From Escherichia coli (GTDB taxonomy: Bacteria > Pseudomonadota > Gammaproteobacteria > Enterobacterales > Enterobacteriaceae), in the NCBI RefSeq assembly GCF_044324875.1, contig NZ_CP172185.1: a stretch of DNA of 64,000 nucleotides; one strand, 5' to 3'. Position numbers and translations under genes: made by a program. Shown in pieces: positions 44,315 to 53,697 of this stretch (the first letter of the stretch is position 1; each line of letters opens with the position of its first letter). The notes beneath the pieces were generated by a model. The model searched no databases. It was not told the DNA's origin and saw nothing but the letters and a program-made list of their open reading frames with translations.

Positions 44315-44738
44315 TTTTTTTGAACGACTTTTTGCCCTTCCGGCCCGTGTGGCGTCTGGATCCGTCGGGGATCCGTGCGTGCACGAAAAAAGGCCTTTTT
44401 CTGCGCGCAGGTGACGGGGGAACAGCCCGCGTTTCAGGGGGTAAATAGCATTCCCTGAACGATGTTGCAGTGACACAACAGAATGGCTGTATTTCTCACG
44501 CTGAGCGTGAAAAAGACGTAAGGGCTTTTGATTTGATGGGGTGAAAGATAAGGCCGTCAAAATCGCACTGAGGCAGCGAGAATATGTCGTCAGAGTTGCG
44601 GGGTTGCGTAAGCATCCGCCCGGCGATGATGGCTACAGGGCTGGAGATGTTGTGAAATTATCTGAAGGAATAACCAGCTTGCAGGAGAACCCGGGCAAAG
44701 TCAGAATAGCGGCAGGCATCAACTCAAAAGAGGATAAT

Positions 44739-45245
44739 GTCATGAGCCACTTTAATGATTTATGCCAGATCAATCGTGAAGCTGAAGAAAAACGCGCTGA
44801 GGCAGCTCAAATTTTGCGGGATGAAGCGGCAAGGCTGATTGATTTCTATGAAGAATGGCTGGGGCTTCCATCCATGTACTGGGAAGACGATGATGGCGAC
44901 CTGCACCGCTACGTGGAGACAGGCTTGCCATGTAAGACAGCGGCGGATTTTAGTCCTCTTTCAGTCCACAATATCGCATCTGCACCAGACAATATTTTCC
45001 GCATGGCCGTGCGAACCTGGGTTAAGTCATCTGACAGCAGCTACCCGGTAAGCGTGGTTATTGCACTTGAATTATATTCAGTAGATGCGGAACGGGTGTC
45101 TCTGAGAGTCCGGGTGGAAGACGATATTTCTGTTCGCGTATTTATCAATAAACCCAGCGAAGAAGCCTGGGGCGATGTTGTTATGCACATGAAAAAGCAC
45201 ATCGCTAATCACCTGAAAAAGCGAGCGCCATCAGCACTTCGTTAA
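44739..45245 (+). CDS. Hypothetical protein (168 aa; possible GTG-extended 234-aa form from 44541)
   Basis: AGAGGA SD before ATG 44739; preceded by ~490-bp structured leader. Confidence 0.5.
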   Translation, partial: VMSHFNDLCQINREAEEKRAEAAQILRDEAARLIDFYEEWLGLPSMYWEDDDGDLHRYVETGLPCKTAADFSPLSVHNIASAPDNIFRMAVRTWVKSSDSSYPVSVVIALELYSVDAERVSLRVRVEDDISVRVFINKPSEEAWGDVVMHMKKHIANHLKKRAPSALR

Positions 45246-45260
45246 GCAGAGCTGGAGAGT

Positions 45261-45285
45261 CGGGGCATAAATTTTTTATGCCCCG
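45261..45285. terminator. Bidirectional hairpin terminator between 168-aa gene and portal gene
   Basis: Perfect palindrome CGGGGCATAAA-TTT-TTTATGCCCCG. Confidence 0.6.
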
Positions 45286-45311
45286 GCGAAGCAGCAGACA
45301 AGCGAAGCGCG

Positions 45312-46367
45312 TCAGGATATGGGCTGGGTGTCTAACAGTGCGTAAGGGTTAAAACGGATCACCTCTTCGCCCAGCCAGTCGTTGACGTGTTTCATTGCTT
45401 CCATGACGGGCATCAGTTCGTTAATGGCAAACACACGGGCTGCCTTCTCCACATCCCCGAATGACCCCTTCTCACCCGGCATGGCCCCCATCAGCTGCGG
45501 CGGTACACGGTGCACGGACAGCACATCATCACGCGATGCAGCCTTGACGTTCATGAACTCATCCTTTGCGGTGATTTGCTGAAACGGCAAAATCTGTACG
45601 CCATCCTTACCACCTCCCGCCGCGTGGATGAGCAGATTTTTAAACGCCCCGCCACCACGCGCGCTTTGCAGTGTTTCCCGCAGTTTTTCCATGCTTTCAC
45701 GGTCAACCTGCGCCGCACCGATGTAGACAATACAGCCCGCGTGTGAGCCGTTATCGTAGTAGAGCTTGCGGAAGATATCGGCGGAATGTGACAGGCTGGC
45801 AGACAGCAGGCCGCCCAGGTAATCCGGCATCCCGTAAATCTCCTGGTTGATATCAGGATTCATCAGGTGGCATATCGTCCCCTCACGAAAGCGGTACTCT
45901 TCCTGTCCTTCCTGTATATACCACCATGATTTCATATCGCTGCCACGTCGCATGTATTTCGCCAGCGCCCGGCGCAGGGCCAGCGGTTCGCCAAGCATGT
46001 TGCGCCGCAGCTCAAGACAGGCATTACCGAACACAAACCAGTCCATCGCCACCCCGGCGAACTCCTGGCGGGACAGCAGAGGATGTGGAATATAGCAGCC
46101 CAGCAGCACATTACGTTTGAAGCTGAGCGCCGACTGGTGCCAGGACGTCTGGCGGGCAGCCCGTGCCAGTCCGTACCAGTCAACGGGCGTTTCAAACCAC
46201 CGCCCGTTGTCGGCGCAGTACATGCTGTCCAGCAGGTCGGCCCCTGACAGCCGGTAAGGTCCTTCAAACGTGAAGGCACTCAGTGTCGGGTCGCTTCGCA
46301 GGGAATCCGCAAGGCTGCCCTGCGCTGCGCGGGCGTTCGTACGTCGTTGTTTATTTTTTCTGCTCAT
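45312..46367 (-). CDS. Phage portal protein (P2 gpQ-like)
   Basis: 351 aa; position and sequence type of P2 Q, adjacent to terminase. Confidence 0.9.
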   Translation of the reverse strand: MSRKNKQRRTNARAAQGSLADSLRSDPTLSAFTFEGPYRLSGADLLDSMYCADNGRWFETPVDWYGLARAARQTSWHQSALSFKRNVLLGCYIPHPLLSRQEFAGVAMDWFVFGNACLELRRNMLGEPLALRRALAKYMRRGSDMKSWWYIQEGQEEYRFREGTICHLMNPDINQEIYGMPDYLGGLLSASLSHSADIFRKLYYDNGSHAGCIVYIGAAQVDRESMEKLRETLQSARGGGAFKNLLIHAAGGGKDGVQILPFQQITAKDEFMNVKAASRDDVLSVHRVPPQLMGAMPGEKGSFGDVEKAARVFAINELMPVMEAMKHVNDWLGEEVIRFNPYALLDTQPIS

Positions 46368-48118
46368 CAGAACTCCGTAACACTGAAGGGGGCGGCATCA
46401 TGTTCACCGCCGACAGGTTCGTTGATAACGGCCAGCATGGTGGCCCATGCAAGATCGCCATGGCTTACGCCTCTTGCGCGATCTGTTTCGTAGGTGATAA
46501 ATCCGGCCTGCGTTTTTGTTTTGCGTACCGCGTTAAAGGCGCTCACCAGTTCGCGCTCGCTGCGGTCGTACTCCCACCGCCCGGCGCGCATGAGCTGCAG
46601 CATCTTCAGAACCAGCGTGCGCTTTGATGACAGGGTGAAGGTGTAGGGAATGGCTGCCGGAAAAAAGCGCTTCACAATCTGATACACCGCATCCCCGTGA
46701 CCGCCGGTTACGTCAATACCGATATGCTCAACGTTATAGCGAAAGGTGAACTCTTCAATCACCTTCGCCTGCGCCTCAAACTCCAGCCCCTGCACCCGCC
46801 GCGTCTCCACGGTGCGAAAACGCCCGCCCGGTACGGCTGGCGGCACCACCACGACAACCGCCCCGCTGTCACCGTTCCCGCTACTGCCGTTGGCGTCGTA
46901 CCCAATCCACACAGGGCGGTTCCCCATCGGACGCGGTGCAAACGGCTTCCAGTCCGGCCACTCGTCGTATCCGTCAACACCGCAGCCAATCAGGATATTC
47001 AGGTTAAATGCCGATTCCCCTTCGCGAGCAAATTCACACATGTAGAGATTGCGGAACTCGTCTTCAGTGTTATTGCGCCGGATTTTGTCAATGTTGGTTA
47101 ACGTCCATCCCTGACTGACCACATCTTCCAGCGTCACAATTTGCCGCCAGATATAGTCAGGACAGATAAGGCCGTTATGAAGCGCATTCCAGCTCACATC
47201 AAAATGCTGACGTTTATGAGTACGAAGCCCTTCATTCCAGTGATCGCCGTTCCAGTATGCATACGCCTCATGTGTTTCACTTGATGGCGTGGAAAAATAG
47301 GTACACCGCAAACCATCCAGCGTTGCCATAGCAGCAGCCACCTTGCGCAGCTCTGCGAAACGCCCCGTCCAGAAAAACTCATCAAAATACAGATTCCCTG
47401 TGTACGCTTGCGCGGTGGCCGCAGAAGTGCCGAGAAAATGCAGCTCTGCACCGTTGGAGAGGATGACTTTATCGCCCCCTTTCAGTTCCACATCAACTTC
47501 AGATGCAGCCTTCTGAATAATGCTTTTAAACTGGAGCGCCTGACGACGAGACGCAGACAAAAAAATCTGGTTACGCTGGTAAGGTTGTGCCACATCGTCA
47601 CGCAGCGCCATCAGCAGCGCTTCCTGCGCAAAATACCAGGTCGCCCCAATCTGGCGGGATTTCAGGATCATCCTGTCAGTAATTCCGGCACGCTCACAGG
47701 CACCGATAGCATCAAGCCATTTGCGCTGGTGTCCGGCCAGCCTGTCGGTAATTTTTTCCCGCAGCGCCGCGATCTGTTCCGGCGTGAAATGATTTTTGCG
47801 TTTTTTCGCCCGGCCTTTCTTTCCTGTTGCCGTCTCATCCGGCAGACCGTCATGCAGCTTTTTAAGCTGACGGGTCAGCAAATCAATTTCCTTAAAGTCC
47901 CCGCCTGTTTTATTCTGTTTTTCCGTGAGCTGAATGAGTCGCGCATCCATGGACTGCGTGACACGCTGAACCGGGGGCGTCTCATCCCACTGGTCGCGTT
48001 TTTTCCACGAATGGATCGTGTTCTGGTTGATACCCATAAGGCGGGAAATTTCCGCAACAGGGTAACCCTGCCAGTACAGCTGGCGTGCCCGCTGGCGAAC
48101 AAATGTATCCTGAATCAT
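46367..48118 (-). CDS. Terminase large (ATPase) subunit (P2 gpP-like)
   Basis: 583 aa; N-terminal HTH, ATPase/nuclease-type body; divergent from scaffold gene. Confidence 0.9.
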   Translation of the reverse strand: MIQDTFVRQRARQLYWQGYPVAEISRLMGINQNTIHSWKKRDQWDETPPVQRVTQSMDARLIQLTEKQNKTGGDFKEIDLLTRQLKKLHDGLPDETATGKKGRAKKRKNHFTPEQIAALREKITDRLAGHQRKWLDAIGACERAGITDRMILKSRQIGATWYFAQEALLMALRDDVAQPYQRNQIFLSASRRQALQFKSIIQKAASEVDVELKGGDKVILSNGAELHFLGTSAATAQAYTGNLYFDEFFWTGRFAELRKVAAAMATLDGLRCTYFSTPSSETHEAYAYWNGDHWNEGLRTHKRQHFDVSWNALHNGLICPDYIWRQIVTLEDVVSQGWTLTNIDKIRRNNTEDEFRNLYMCEFAREGESAFNLNILIGCGVDGYDEWPDWKPFAPRPMGNRPVWIGYDANGSSGNGDSGAVVVVVPPAVPGGRFRTVETRRVQGLEFEAQAKVIEEFTFRYNVEHIGIDVTGGHGDAVYQIVKRFFPAAIPYTFTLSSKRTLVLKMLQLMRAGRWEYDRSERELVSAFNAVRKTKTQAGFITYETDRARGVSHGDLAWATMLAVINEPVGGEHDAAPFSVTEF

Positions 48119-48180
48119 TTCTCCCCCTCATGTGATTCAGGCAGTTTACTCACCCCTTACAGGCCTCCTGCCATGCCCGG

Positions 48181-48204
48181 TGTTGTCGGCATTCGCTTAC
48201 AACA
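48181..48204 (+). promoter_or_regulatory. Late-promoter activator site of Ogr/Delta type in divergent P-O intergenic region
   Basis: TGTTGT-N12-ACAACA dyad (contains TGT-N12-ACA) ~70 bp upstream of scaffold gene ATG. Confidence 0.55.
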
Positions 48205-48272
48205 AACGCACTTTGTCTGTCCCTGCCCCGTTTTGCCATCATGAGACAAACGATCATCACGAGGGCCCGACA

Positions 48273-49109
48273 ATGCCTGAACAGAAAAAAACATCCCGTA
48301 AAACATTCCGCGTGGCCGTTTCCGGTCCCACCGCAGACGGTCGCGAAATCAGCGCCGCAGATTTGCGCGCGGCGGCCAGTAACTTCAACCCTGAGATTTA
48401 CGGCGCACGCGTGAACGTGGAGCACTGGCTTTCACCGGTTCCGTCCAGTGAATTTTCCGCCATGGGTGATGTGACGGCACTGAGCACAGAAGAAATCACC
48501 GAAGGTCCGCTGGTCGGTCGTACTGCGCTGTATGCGGAAATCGAACCCACCGACCGCATGAAAAATCTGGTCTCCCGGGGTAAGAAAATTTACTCCAGTA
48601 TTGAGCTGGCACGAAATTTCACCCCTACGGGCACCCCGTATCTTATTGGCCTTGCCATGACAGACACCCCGGCAAGCATCGGCACGGAGCGTCTTCAGTT
48701 CGCCCTGCAGCAGCGCCGTTCGGTCATGACCTTCAATAATCAGCAGACGGAAGCACCGATGTTCTCTGACGCCATTGAGGCTGAAGTGATCGAACTGACG
48801 GAGCGCCGCAGCGAGGAAGGTGCGCAGTGGTTTAACCGCGTGATGAACATGATTGGGCGAGGACGCAGGGCTGACGACACCCGGTTCTCCCGCATTCATG
48901 ACGCCGTTGAGGGGATAGCCTCATCGCATGCCGACCTTCTCGACCGCTTCAGTGCACTGGAATCGCGCCATCAGGCAGACAGACAGAAAGTCGCCACCCT
49001 GTCCACTGAGCTGGCAGAGCTGAAAAACAGACTGCGCGGACTGGACGCTGATCAGCAAAGTCGTTTTACGGCAACCGGCGGGCAGTCCAGACAACTGGCT
49101 GACTACTGA
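48273..49109 (+). CDS. Capsid scaffolding protein (P2 gpO-like)
   Basis: Start MPEQKKTSRKTFRVAVSG with GAGGG SD; 278 aa. Confidence 0.88.
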   Translation: MPEQKKTSRKTFRVAVSGPTADGREISAADLRAAASNFNPEIYGARVNVEHWLSPVPSSEFSAMGDVTALSTEEITEGPLVGRTALYAEIEPTDRMKNLVSRGKKIYSSIELARNFTPTGTPYLIGLAMTDTPASIGTERLQFALQQRRSVMTFNNQQTEAPMFSDAIEAEVIELTERRSEEGAQWFNRVMNMIGRGRRADDTRFSRIHDAVEGIASSHADLLDRFSALESRHQADRQKVATLSTELAELKNRLRGLDADQQSRFTATGGQSRQLADY

Positions 49110-49137
49110 CAGAAATAACCACAAGAGGTGATAACCG

Positions 49138-50277
49138 ATGAATCGGATCATGAGCGATGCCGCGCGGGCCGAGCTTTTTGCTTACCAGGCACAACAGGCG
49201 GAGATGAATAACATCACGATATCTGCGCTCTCCTCCCGCTTTTCGGTACAGCCGGCAGTGCAGCAGAGATTTGAAAACGCATCAAAGGAAAGCCATGATT
49301 TTCTTCAGAAAGCCAACAGCATTGGTGTGACAGAGCAGAAAGGTGAAAAGGTACTCCTGGACACCACCGGGCCGGTTGCGCGCACGAACAGCAGTTATGA
49401 CGGTACAAATCGTCGTAACCCGCTGAATGTGGTGGACATGAAAGCGCGACGCTATGAGTGCGAGCAGGTGAACTACGACACCTTCATCTCCTACCCTCAG
49501 CTTGACATGTGGGCCGGACACCCTGACTTCCAGCTGCGTGTGAGTCGCCAGATTGCCAGACAGGTGGCACTTGATCGCATCATGACAGGTTTTAACGGTA
49601 CGCACCATGCGGAAGTCTCGGATATAAAAAAACACCCGCGACTTGAGGACGTCAATAAGGGGTGGCTGCAGGATATCAGGGACCAGGCCCCGCAACGCGT
49701 CATGAAAGACGTGATGCTGACTGCGCGCAATATGGACAATTCGGTGGCATACACAGGCAGATACGCCAATCCCGATGCACTGGTCCAGGATGCACGCTCA
49801 TCCCTGCTTGACGAATGGCACAAGGACGCAGACGACCTCGTTGTCATCATGGGGCGAAACCTCTTTAACTCCCTGCGCCTGCCGGTCCTGAACAGTATCA
49901 GCATGCAGAATGCGAATGCCGAACTGCTTGCCGGACAGCTCATTGTGTCAACGCGGACCATTGGCGGCCTTGATGTGTACCTTGCGCCATTTTTCCCGGC
50001 TCAGTCAATGCTCATCACCTCATTCAGCAACCTGTCGGTTTACTGGCAGAAGGGGTCCATGCGTCGTCTCATGAAGGATGAGCCCGAATACAACCGTATC
50101 GCCATCTATCAGTCCGTTAACGACTGCTATGTGGTTGAGGACCATGGTAAGTGCGCACTGATTGAGAATATCAGCTTTGCCGAATATGACCATGACGCGC
50201 CGGACTGGTACCGGGACGCCACAAAAGCACTGTCAGCGCAGGCTGAAGACAGGGATGCAGGGGAAGAGGAGGATTAA
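49138..50277 (+). CDS. Major capsid protein (P2 gpN-like)
   Basis: 379 aa; AGAGGTGA SD; conserved NRYECEQVNYD...QLDMWAG...DFQLR region. Confidence 0.92.
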   Translation: MNRIMSDAARAELFAYQAQQAEMNNITISALSSRFSVQPAVQQRFENASKESHDFLQKANSIGVTEQKGEKVLLDTTGPVARTNSSYDGTNRRNPLNVVDMKARRYECEQVNYDTFISYPQLDMWAGHPDFQLRVSRQIARQVALDRIMTGFNGTHHAEVSDIKKHPRLEDVNKGWLQDIRDQAPQRVMKDVMLTARNMDNSVAYTGRYANPDALVQDARSSLLDEWHKDADDLVVIMGRNLFNSLRLPVLNSISMQNANAELLAGQLIVSTRTIGGLDVYLAPFFPAQSMLITSFSNLSVYWQKGSMRRLMKDEPEYNRIAIYQSVNDCYVVEDHGKCALIENISFAEYDHDAPDWYRDATKALSAQAEDRDAGEEED

Positions 50278-50279
50278 CC

Positions 50280-51062
50280 ATGCTGACACCGGCACAGGCT
50301 CATTTCCAGCGCGTGATGGCTTTACGGGCAGGAACGGCAGCAGAAAACGAGGATATCGTGGCCCGCACGGCTCATGAGCAGGTCCTTCACCGTCTGCGCC
50401 TGGCACAGCAACGCATAAAGGGCGTCCAGGCAAAAGCGGCAAAGGCCGCGCTCAAGCGTGAAATGCTGCCGGGTTTTGCAGGCTGGATAGACGGCACGCT
50501 GGAAGCCGACGGCGGACAGCAGGATGAGGTGATAGCCACACTCATGGTGTGGGCCGTGGACTGTGGCGACCTGGCGCTTGCACTGCGCATCGGGGATTAT
50601 GTGGTTCGCCACAACCTCACGATGCCTGACAACTTCGGGCGTACGGCAGCCACGGTACTGACCGAGGAAATCTGCAACCCTGTTCTGACACAGGCCGGAA
50701 CGGATGCACACGCCGATTTGTCCGGCTACATCGAACCGCTGGACACCCTCTGGCAAATTGTCGCGAACCGGGACATGCCCGATGAGGTCCGCGCCAAGCT
50801 GTGCAAGGCATGCGCCTTTGCCCGTCGTGGCCTGACCGATGCCGACAGCATGGCGGTGAGTCTGAAGCTGTTCCGTGAGGCAATGCACCTTAACCCGAAT
50901 GCGGGGGTAAAACGTGAGATTGCCACGCTTTCACGGGCCCTGAAAAAGGCCGGACAGGATGAAGCCGCTGCCGCACAGGAGCCTGCGGCACAGAAAGATA
51001 CAACCAGAGAACAGACCACGACGCCGAAGGCGAAAGCGAAAGCGAAGGCGAAACGTGGTTAA
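50280..51062 (+). CDS. Terminase small/endonuclease subunit (P2 gpM-like)
   Basis: 260 aa; DMPDEVRAKL motif; C-terminal Lys/Ala repeats. Confidence 0.88.
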   Translation: MLTPAQAHFQRVMALRAGTAAENEDIVARTAHEQVLHRLRLAQQRIKGVQAKAAKAALKREMLPGFAGWIDGTLEADGGQQDEVIATLMVWAVDCGDLALALRIGDYVVRHNLTMPDNFGRTAATVLTEEICNPVLTQAGTDAHADLSGYIEPLDTLWQIVANRDMPDEVRAKLCKACAFARRGLTDADSMAVSLKLFREAMHLNPNAGVKREIATLSRALKKAGQDEAAAAQEPAAQKDTTREQTTTPKAKAKAKAKRG

Positions 51063-51164
51063 CGGCTGACCCCGTCAGAAGGCGGCGTGCCGGGCGTTCC
51101 GGTTACGGTTTTCCGTTCCCCTTACACCCGGCACCCACCGCTTTTTTTTCTGAAGGAGCGATTT

Positions 51165-51659
51165 ATGAGCATGGTCGCAAGACCGGAAGCCGCCCCTGCG
51201 CGGGACGACATCACCGACACCGACGACGGCGACGCCACCATCACCGCCGGGGCATTCTGGCCGGAGATTGTGCTGCGGGAGCTGCGCCTTGCAGTACGCC
51301 TGCCGGGCCGCATCACCTCCACACGTCTGGCGCACGTTGCCACGGGAGCCGTGGCTCACGTCACGCGGGAGCTGGAAGAGTGGCAGAAGGCGCAGTCTGC
51401 CGCAGGGTTCAGCATCCTCGCAGAAGTGCCTGCCGCCACCATCAACGGTGAGAGCGTCAACGTATGGCATTACCGCAACGCCGTCTACAGCGCCACCCGC
51501 GCCCTGATTCTGGAACGCTGGCGGGATGTGGACACCACTGATAAAGGGGACCGCCGGGCTGACGCACTGGATGAGCAGATGGAAGACTTATGGCGCGATG
51601 TGCGCTGGTCCGTGGCAGATATTCTGGGTCGCCCCCGTCTTTTTGCGGAGCTGGTGTGA
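51165..51659 (+). CDS. Head completion/stabilisation protein (P2 gpL-like)
   Basis: Start at ATG with AAGGAG SD; 164 aa. Confidence 0.85.
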   Translation: MSMVARPEAAPARDDITDTDDGDATITAGAFWPEIVLRELRLAVRLPGRITSTRLAHVATGAVAHVTRELEEWQKAQSAAGFSILAEVPAATINGESVNVWHYRNAVYSATRALILERWRDVDTTDKGDRRADALDEQMEDLWRDVRWSVADILGRPRLFAELV

Positions 51660-51856
51660 TGAAAGTGAGGGCACTCCAGGGGGATACCGTCGATTTACTC
51701 TGTTTCCGGCACTACGGCACCACGCAGGGGGTGACCGCACAGGTACTTGATGCCAATCCAGGGCTCTGCCGCCAGGTAATTCTGGAAGCGGGACAGGAGG
51801 TGGAGATGCCGGAGCCGGAAAGGAAACAGCAACGCGAAAAGGTAAAGCTATGGTGA
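51659..51856 (+). CDS. Tail protein X-like small protein (65 aa)
   Basis: ATG overlapping gpL stop; position equivalent to P2 X. Confidence 0.7.
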   Translation: MKVRALQGDTVDLLCFRHYGTTQGVTAQVLDANPGLCRQVILEAGQEVEMPEPERKQQREKVKLW

Positions 51857-52140
51857 CGGGATTTTTTCAGCGCGTCAGTGACTGGATCACCTTCTGGGCG
51901 TCAGTGACGGCAACAACCATTGGTGTTATGACCATCAGCGAAAAAATTGCGCTGGCCGGGCTGCTTCTGGGGTCACTTTCCGCCATCCATGCCTGGTGCC
52001 ACCGCAGGCGTACGGAGCAGGCAATGAAGCGCCGCAATGACCTTATCGCCCGCATCCTGGCACGTTCAGAAAACCGCGAGCTTCACGACGGTGAGAGACG
52101 GGCACTGGACAGCGTGAGACAGGACGGAGAAGAGCGGTGA
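51850..52140 (+). CDS. Holin (two TM segments, 96 aa)
   Basis: Membrane protein directly upstream of endolysin, overlapping starts/stops. Confidence 0.7.
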   Translation: MVTGFFQRVSDWITFWASVTATTIGVMTISEKIALAGLLLGSLSAIHAWCHRRRTEQAMKRRNDLIARILARSENRELHDGERRALDSVRQDGEER

Positions 52141-52682
52141 AACTGCCGGTAAAACGTTATGCGGTGGCGGCCATTGTGGCGCTGGGCGTCTCCATGGCAC
52201 CCGGTGAACTGAGAACCTCACGGGAAGCACAGATAAAAATCGCCACCCGGGAAGAGTGCCGGGCGACACCGTACCGTGATATTGCAGGAGTAATGACCGT
52301 GGGATGTGGTTCAACAGGGGGCGTGGAGAACCGGGTTTACGGAGAAAAGGAGGTGGCCCGCCGCTGGGTGAATGACCTGCGGCACGCGGAAAACTGTATC
52401 AACCAGAACTTCAGCGGTGCCGCCATGCCCCAGTCCGCCTTTGAGGCGATGACCGACGCGGCGTTCAACGTCGGCTGTACCGGCCTGATGTGGTACCGGG
52501 ACAGGAGCGGCAACCGGCAGCGCACCACCATCTGGAAGCACGCACAGGCGCACCGCTGGGTGGCGATGTGCGGGAGACTGACCGATTTTGTCAACAGTGG
52601 CGGACGCCGCTCACAGGGGCTGGTTAACCGCCGGGAGGAGTTCAGACAGTGGTGTCTTCGCGACACGGGAGGCAGCACATGA
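52137..52682 (+). CDS. SAR-type endolysin (T4-lysozyme-like GH24 with N-terminal signal-anchor-release segment)
   Basis: N-terminal YAVAAIVALGVSMAPG; catalytic spacing E-x8-D-x5-T (EECRATPYRDIAGVMT). Confidence 0.82.
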   Translation: MKLPVKRYAVAAIVALGVSMAPGELRTSREAQIKIATREECRATPYRDIAGVMTVGCGSTGGVENRVYGEKEVARRWVNDLRHAENCINQNFSGAAMPQSAFEAMTDAAFNVGCTGLMWYRDRSGNRQRTTIWKHAQAHRWVAMCGRLTDFVNSGGRRSQGLVNRREEFRQWCLRDTGGST

Positions 52683-53086
52683 GACCGGTTTACGCCGTGA
52701 TTGTTGCCCTCATGGTGACCACCCTGACGGCGGCGGCCATGTGGCAGTCATACCGGCTGGGGCGTGCCGGTGAGGCACGTGACGCCGCAGAGCAGCAGCT
52801 GGGCGAATACAGCCGGGCGCTGCGTGAGTCCTCCGCCGTTATCAGCGATGCCTCCGCCGTACTGCATGAGGTGATGACGCAGCGACAGAAAAGGGCACAG
52901 GAAGGAGAAGTCAGACGTGAACAGCTTCGCGAAATTGCTGCGACGGATGAGTGCGCCGGCACTCTTCCTGACCACCGTTTTACTGACCGGCTGCGCGAAC
53001 ACACGGAACGCGCCACTGCCCGCGCCCTCCTTCCGGTTCATTCCGGCGGGACTGACGACGGGAACACGGCCCCCGCCCTTCCCTGA
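52679..53086 (+). CDS. i-spanin (LysB/Rz-like)
   Basis: Start MRPVYAVIVALMVTTLTAAAM (N-terminal TM), coiled-coil-like remainder. Confidence 0.7.
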   Translation: MRPVYAVIVALMVTTLTAAAMWQSYRLGRAGEARDAAEQQLGEYSRALRESSAVISDASAVLHEVMTQRQKRAQEGEVRREQLREIAATDECAGTLPDHRFTDRLREHTERATARALLPVHSGGTDDGNTAPALP

Positions 53087-53231
53087 ACACCCCACATGGG
53101 GAAATATCGGGATATGGAGCGACAGCCTCCTGGATGCACTGGAAACCTGCAACGCAGACAAACAGGCCATTGAGGCGCTGGAGCGCCGGAGACTCAACCG
53201 ACAGAACGGAGGGGGACATGCTGAAAAGTAA
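52917..53231 (+). CDS. o-spanin lipoprotein (LysC/Rz1-like), embedded/overlapping with i-spanin in alternate frame
   Basis: GTG start with AAGGAGAAG SD; lipobox LLTGC; Pro-rich mature region. Confidence 0.6.
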   Translation: MNSFAKLLRRMSAPALFLTTVLLTGCANTRNAPLPAPSFRFIPAGLTTGTRPPPFPEHPTWGNIGIWSDSLLDALETCNADKQAIEALERRRLNRQNGGGHAEK

Positions 53232-53682
53232 ATCCCTGAGCACACACATGAGTACAGCGTGCCGGTGGTGCAGGGCCAACCCGGAAAAGTTCACCGTGTT
53301 CATTGAACGTGGCGGGATAGAGACCACCGGCGAGACGCCGACGTTCGTGTACAACTACCGGCTGGTGATGTTCGTGATGGACTACACGGGCGATCTGGAC
53401 AACCTGACGCTTCCACTGATTGTCTGGCTGGCAGAGAACCAGCCGCAGTTGCTGCTTAATCCTGAGCGCAACAACGATATTCAGTTCACGGCGGCCATTA
53501 ACGACGACGACAGCGCGGACGTGCTGTTTGAGCTGCCGTTACGTGAACGCGTGCGCGTCACCCGCAGGGATGACGGCACCCTCATGACAGAACATCTACC
53601 GGAGCCGAAATCACGCATCCCGCAGGACGGCGACTGGTCACACATTCTGGAGGATGTGACGTGGAACATTGTCACCGGATAA
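53218..53682 (+). CDS. Tail completion protein (P2 gpR-like)
   Basis: Start ATG with GGAGGGGGA SD; 154 aa. Confidence 0.8.
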   Translation: MLKSKSLSTHMSTACRWCRANPEKFTVFIERGGIETTGETPTFVYNYRLVMFVMDYTGDLDNLTLPLIVWLAENQPQLLLNPERNNDIQFTAAINDDDSADVLFELPLRERVRVTRRDDGTLMTEHLPEPKSRIPQDGDWSHILEDVTWNIVTG

Positions 53683-53697
53683 CACGCGGAGAATGTT

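Noticed and set aside
44315-44738. Retron msr/msd or type III toxin-antitoxin RNA in the structured leader
   Set aside because: No reverse transcriptase or ToxN-like gene adjacent and no tandem array of ~36-nt repeats; only scattered palindromes.
45246-45311. P2-type cos site immediately beside the portal gene
   Set aside because: The best local 19-mer (GGCGAAGCAGCAGACAAGC) matches only about half of the recalled P2 cohesive-end sequence and most of the interval is a simple terminator palindrome. A somewhat better G-rich candidate lies at about 44410-44428, so the cos location is left open.
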